The translations under genes and the position numbers were made by a program. From Macrostomum lignano (lineage: Eukaryota): a stretch of DNA of 64,000 nt. Location of the stretch: positions 62,001-126,000 of the forward strand of contig NIVC01000003.1 of assembly GCA_002269645.1 (NCBI GenBank), in the 5' to 3' direction. The notes below the pieces were generated by a model, which saw nothing but the letters and a program-made list of their open reading frames with translations, was not told the DNA's origin and did no database searches. Shown piece after piece: positions 59,165 through 64,000 of this stretch (its first letter is position 1; each line of letters begins with the position of its first letter).

Positions 59165-59970
59165 TTCTTTCACTGAGCGCTGCTGTCCCCCAACGATGCT
59201 TCAGTGAGCGCCGCTGTCCCCCACCGATGCTTCAGTGAGCGCCGCTGTCCCCCACCGATGCTTCAGTGAGCGCCGCTGTCCCCCACCGATGCTTCAGTGA
59301 GCGCCGCTGTCCCCCACCGATGCTTCAGTGAGCGCCGCTGTCCCACACCGATGCTTCAGTGAGCGCCGCTGTCCCACACCGATGCTTCAGTGAGCGCCGC
59401 TGCCCCCCACCGATGCTTCAGTGAGCGCCGCTATCTCTCACCGATGCTTCAGTGAGCGTCGCTATCCCCCACCGATGCTTCAGTGAGCGCCGCTGTCCCC
59501 CACCGATGCTTCAGTGAGCGCCGCTGTCCCCCACCGATGCTTCAGTGAGCGCCGCTGTCCCCCACCGATGCTTCAGTGAGCGCCGCTATCTCTCACCGAT
59601 GCTTCAGTGAGCGCCGCTATCCCACACCGATGCTGCTTCAGTGAGCGCCGCTGTCCCCCACCGATGCTTCAGTGAGCGCCGCTATCCCCCACCGATGCTG
59701 CTTCAGTGAGCGCCGCTGTCCCCCACCGATGCTTCAGTGAGCGCCGCTATCTCTCACCGATGCTTCAGTGAGCGCCGCTATCCCCCAACGATGCTGCTTC
59801 AGTGAGCGCCGCTGTCCCCCACCAATGCTTCAGTGAGCGCCGCTATCTCTCACCGATGCTTCAGTGAGCGCCGCTGTCCCCCCACCGATGCTTCAGTGAG
59901 CGCCGCTGTCCCCCACCGATGCTTCAGTGAGCGCCGCTGTCCCCTACCGATGCTCCACAGTGAGCGCCAC
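59165..59970. repeat. 31-bp minisatellite (gcttcagtgagcgccgctgtcccccaccgat)
   Basis: About 25 copies with recurring variant units. Confidence 0.96.
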
Positions 59971-60664
59971 TATCTCTCTTAATTCAGCTATAGAATACGA
60001 GCGTAATGAGGCCTGACAAACAGCGACATTGGCAATAAGTTATGAATAATCCTTTGACTTTGGGCCAGGAAGATAAATCAATAATTAGAAGCATCTTTAT
60101 AATATATATTTTTTTATATTACTTGTCTCCCGAATCGACACTTGACATGGAAATACGGTAGCGAATTGTGGCTATTCCGGCGTATTCAGTACACAAAGTA
60201 AGCAAATTTTAAATCACACGCATACTACTCTAAATAGCTATCATAGGACCTTGAAAACGACGATTAAGGAATGATTTTTGGGCGATAATTAAAATTCTTG
60301 GCTTCTAATGGGAGACCTTCGAGATGGTCCGCAGTTAGGGTCGATTCTCGCGGCAGTGCAACGCTGAATCTGCGGTCAGGTCGGCAACAAGTTTTGCGTG
60401 TCGCAGTAAAAAATCCCGAAAACAGCACAGCGCACTTGGGTTGGTCGCAATTAATTAATTAAAACGGAAATGCGGATCTGTAAAAATAATAACTTCAAAG
60501 CAATGGTTCGCCAAGACGGCTGTCAAGTTGACCAGTTGAGAGCTGAAGCTAATTAAAAAGCAATCAGCCCACCAAATGTAAAACACATTGCGGCCCAGAC
60601 GGGGGGACGGAATCAGTAAGCTTGGGGTGTGAAAGCATTTAGCTGCACTGTGAGCTGGTGAGGA

Positions 60665-60900
<236 letters not shown>

Positions 60901-61499
60901 CACTAAGAAACAGTGAATCGGGAGCAGGGAATACTGGGTGCGCAGCATGCCATGTGAGCAGTACAATCGAGGCGTGCATTCAGTTATCGAAGACAATTAG
61001 ACCCTGGAGTCGCTAGTCAAATATTAATTCCTATTCAGAGCTGTGCGACTAACTGAGGGCAAGACAAAACAAAGAATTCAATAAATAAGGAAAGCTATGA
61101 CAGCGGAGCCCAGTATAAGCATGCAGTTACCGCAGTAGCAGATTAAATAAAATCGCATGGTGCCGGACAGTTCAAAAGTGCCGGTGTAGAATTTATAGAG
61201 CAGAGCGGGTCCCGGCACGAGATAACTCACAGTGCCTAATACTGCCAGGCCCGCAAATGTTGGATAGAATTTCTAGCAGTCGAAATGACTAGCCAGCGCT
61301 ACTTTCCCTATACTCTTTGAATTGGAAATCTTCTTAGATAAGCATAAAATCCCACTGGATGTCGCGTAGATGTATAATTAAAGTCTTCTAGCTCGTAGAT
61401 GATAAAATCCCAAAACCCTTCCAGATGTTAAAATCCCCAAAATCAGGATTTTAGACCGCAGAAATGAGATCCTAACGCCCAGCACACGGTCCGGCGGCT

Positions 61500-63663
61500 T
61501 CACTTGGCCTTCTTCTGCTGCACGCGGCCCCCGGCGCCGTCGCCGCTGTCCAGCCCTAACGCGCGCCGCTGATTCCGGCCGGACAGGAAAGGCAGGAGGC
61601 CCCACCGGCTGAACTGGGAGCGCGGATTGGCGCCGAATTTCTTCTTCCGCTGCGCGTACATGTGGCTCATAAGGGCGTAGGCGCCGACGAGGAAGCCCAC
61701 CATGTACACCCGCAGGAACAGCGAGAAGTCGAAGGACATGTTGAACTTGTTAGGCAGCTCCACGCTGTACCAGCGCTCCTCCATCACCCGCGGCAAGGCG
61801 GCCAGCATCACCAGGCCTTCCAGCACGAAGCCTAGCGGGTAAAGCGGAATCCACATCGTGTAGCGCAGCCAGGTGACGAGGCCGGACTCCTGGCCCAGCA
61901 CGGCCAGGATGTAGTAGGGGTAGCGGACCACCTCCACTGCCGACCAGGTCACGGCCAGCCAGAACACCGGCTCCATGCGCTGCAGCTCTTCGTATGGCAG
62001 CACCAGCATGAATAGGATCATGCCGCGGCCGAATACCTGCGATTAATGAATGTTGTTACGTGTAGAATAGGTTGCATAGCAACTGGGTCGCAATGACAAT
62101 TGATATTTTCTAGGATGTAAAAACCATACAATGGGAGAGATAGGGAAAACTGACAATGGGAGAGATAGGAAAACCTGACTATGGGAGATAGGGAAACCTG
62201 ACTATGGGAGAGATAGGGAAACCTGACAATGGGAGAGATAGGGAAACCTGACAATGGGAGAGATAGGGAAAACTGACTATGGGAGAGATAGGGAAACCTG
62301 ACTATGGGAGAGATATGGAAACCTGACTATGGGAGAGATATGGAAACCTGACTATGGGAGAGATAGGGAAACCTGACAATGGGAGAGATAGGGAAACCTG
62401 ACAATGGGAGAGATAGGGAAACCTGACTATGGGAGAGATATGGAAACCTGACTATGGGAGAGATATGGAAACCTGACTATGGGAGAGATATGGAAACCTG
62501 ACTATGGGAGAGATAGGGAAAACTGACTATGGGAGAGATATGGAAACCTGACAATGGGAGAGATAGGGAAACCTGACAATTCAGAATGCAGGAGGTAGCA
62601 GGCGAATAAGCAAGGATTCCAATGCTCCAGATCTACAAGGGTGAGATCAGACACACAGCTTGAGACATGGACATGGTGAGATCAGACACAGCTTGAGATA
62701 TGTACATGGTGAGATCAGACACAGCTTGAGATATGTACATGGTGAGATCAGACACAGCTTAAGATATGTACATGGTGAGATCAGACACAGATTGAGATAT
62801 GTGCATGGTGAGATCAGACACAGCTTGAGATTTGTACTTAGTGCGACAAGCTACTAAAATAGAAGGACATAGATAGACAATGGACAAATGCCAGTCACAA
62901 CAGACGTTCATGGCTCAGCAGCTGCAACTCTCTAGCTCACCTGCATGCCGGTGGCCAGCACGCCGGAACGAACCCAGCCGAGGGCGGCGTTGAGAATCTC
63001 CAAGCTGGCGGCCAGCTGCACCATGCAGAGCTGCGGCCGGATGCTCGCGAACGCCTCCTGCCGCTGGGCCTGTGGGAGACAGAAAAAGAAGCTGGTGGAT
63101 ATTTACAGATGCCGCGCAATCTACCCATCTGTCTACCATCCCCTCGTCTCCCCTTGTCAGCGCCTTTTTTGTCTATCCTTCCTCTATCCTCTAACGTTGC
63201 CTGGGGTTCATAAAAAATTCCCACTATCTGTTTCAGTTTCGCATAGTTATCTCGCCGCCAGTTATCTCTCCCATTATAACAATCATGTCACCTTAGAGCC
63301 GGCCCGCAGGTAGCTGTACAGAGACACGTGAAACACGTAGCAGAAGCCGACCCACTGGAACATGTTGTACAGAAACAGGTAGAGCTTGAGCGGGCTGCGG
63401 AATACGGCAAAGAATTTGTCCATGTCCTTCGACACCGCGTCGCGAATTCGATCGTCGTCGCGTCGACGCCGCGACGACGGGGCGGGCGAATCGTCCGAGT
63501 CCCACTTGGGAAAGGGCGGCTCCTCCTGCTCGGAGTCGTCCGAGAACTGCATGTGATCGAAGTTCACCTTGATCCACGGCTCGCGCTGCTTGGCGCTGGT
63601 GAGGCGCGGCCAGATCTCGCTGCTTTCCTTCATCAGGTGGAATTCCACGCATTTCTCTTTCAC
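61500..63663 (-). CDS. HACD3: Very-long-chain 3-hydroxyacyl-CoA dehydratase 3 (PTPLAD1), last three exons; N-terminal exons lie beyond the window
   Basis: Phase-0 exons 63292-63663, 62941-63069, 61500-62036; end of CS domain (WPRLT..K....W.KVNFD), YLFLYNMFQ, Q.FGR..ILF, WS.VEVVRYPYY, WLRYT.WIPLYPLG...E, HMY.QRKK; C-terminal KKAK ER-retrieval motif. Confidence 0.95.
62135..62580. repeat. 25-bp minisatellite (atgggagagatagggaaacctgact)
   Basis: About 18 copies in a HACD3 intron. Confidence 0.95.
62640..62830. repeat. 33-bp minisatellite (gtgagatcagacacagcttgagatatgtacatg)
   Basis: About 5-6 copies in the same HACD3 intron. Confidence 0.9.
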
Positions 63664-64000
63664 CTGAGGGCAGCCGGAGTGTATGGGTGTATAATATCCC
63701 CGCGAACTTTTGCCTACACTGAAACATTCGCTGACTGGCAGTTGTTCTGCTGCTGACGCCTAATTTAGCAAACATTTGCCATTCACCATGATACGTTGGC
63801 TTTGAAAACGACCTCACACGAAACAGACCGCTGATTAAGTATTGATGCAGCCCGTTCCTGACACTACATAAACATATTGTAACTAATATTCGCTTTGGAA
63901 GAATACTTCTGCAACTACTGCAAACACGCTGCAAGCAACCGCTCCCGCACAGGCAGTTGCAGCACTTCAAAATCCAAAAAGCAGTCAAGAAAGGCACTTG

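Noticed and set aside
59165-59970. CRISPR-like 31-bp repeats
   Set aside because: The variable part is only a few recurring bases, not unique spacers; ordinary minisatellite

Overview
Eukaryotic (animal) genomic DNA with GC-rich exons and AT-rich introns packed with minisatellites. This style resembles a free-living flatworm such as Macrostomum (inference, not verified). I rebuilt exon structures by hand from GT-AG sites and reading-frame phase. Ten host genes or gene fragments, all on the minus strand, in window order: the first exon of a secreted PstS-like phosphate-binding protein, GRAMD4, RRM1, an unknown protein, a secreted ALK/LTK-type glycine-rich protein, a Cys-string low-complexity protein, SIRT5, SLC25A44, YPEL and the 3' part of HACD3. 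Mobile DNA: an intact 720-aa Sola-like transposase, an LTR+PBS+gag remnant, two hAT-derived elements, two MITE families, a tRNA-derived SINE and CORE-SINE remnants. About 25 tandem-repeat arrays. The leads most worth checking are the bacterial-type PstS domain in an intron-containing gene, a YPEL gene with no clear in-frame AUG (candidate CUG start), and the uniform gene orientation with splice acceptors just before several start codons. No CRISPR array, rRNA or true tRNA gene is supported.
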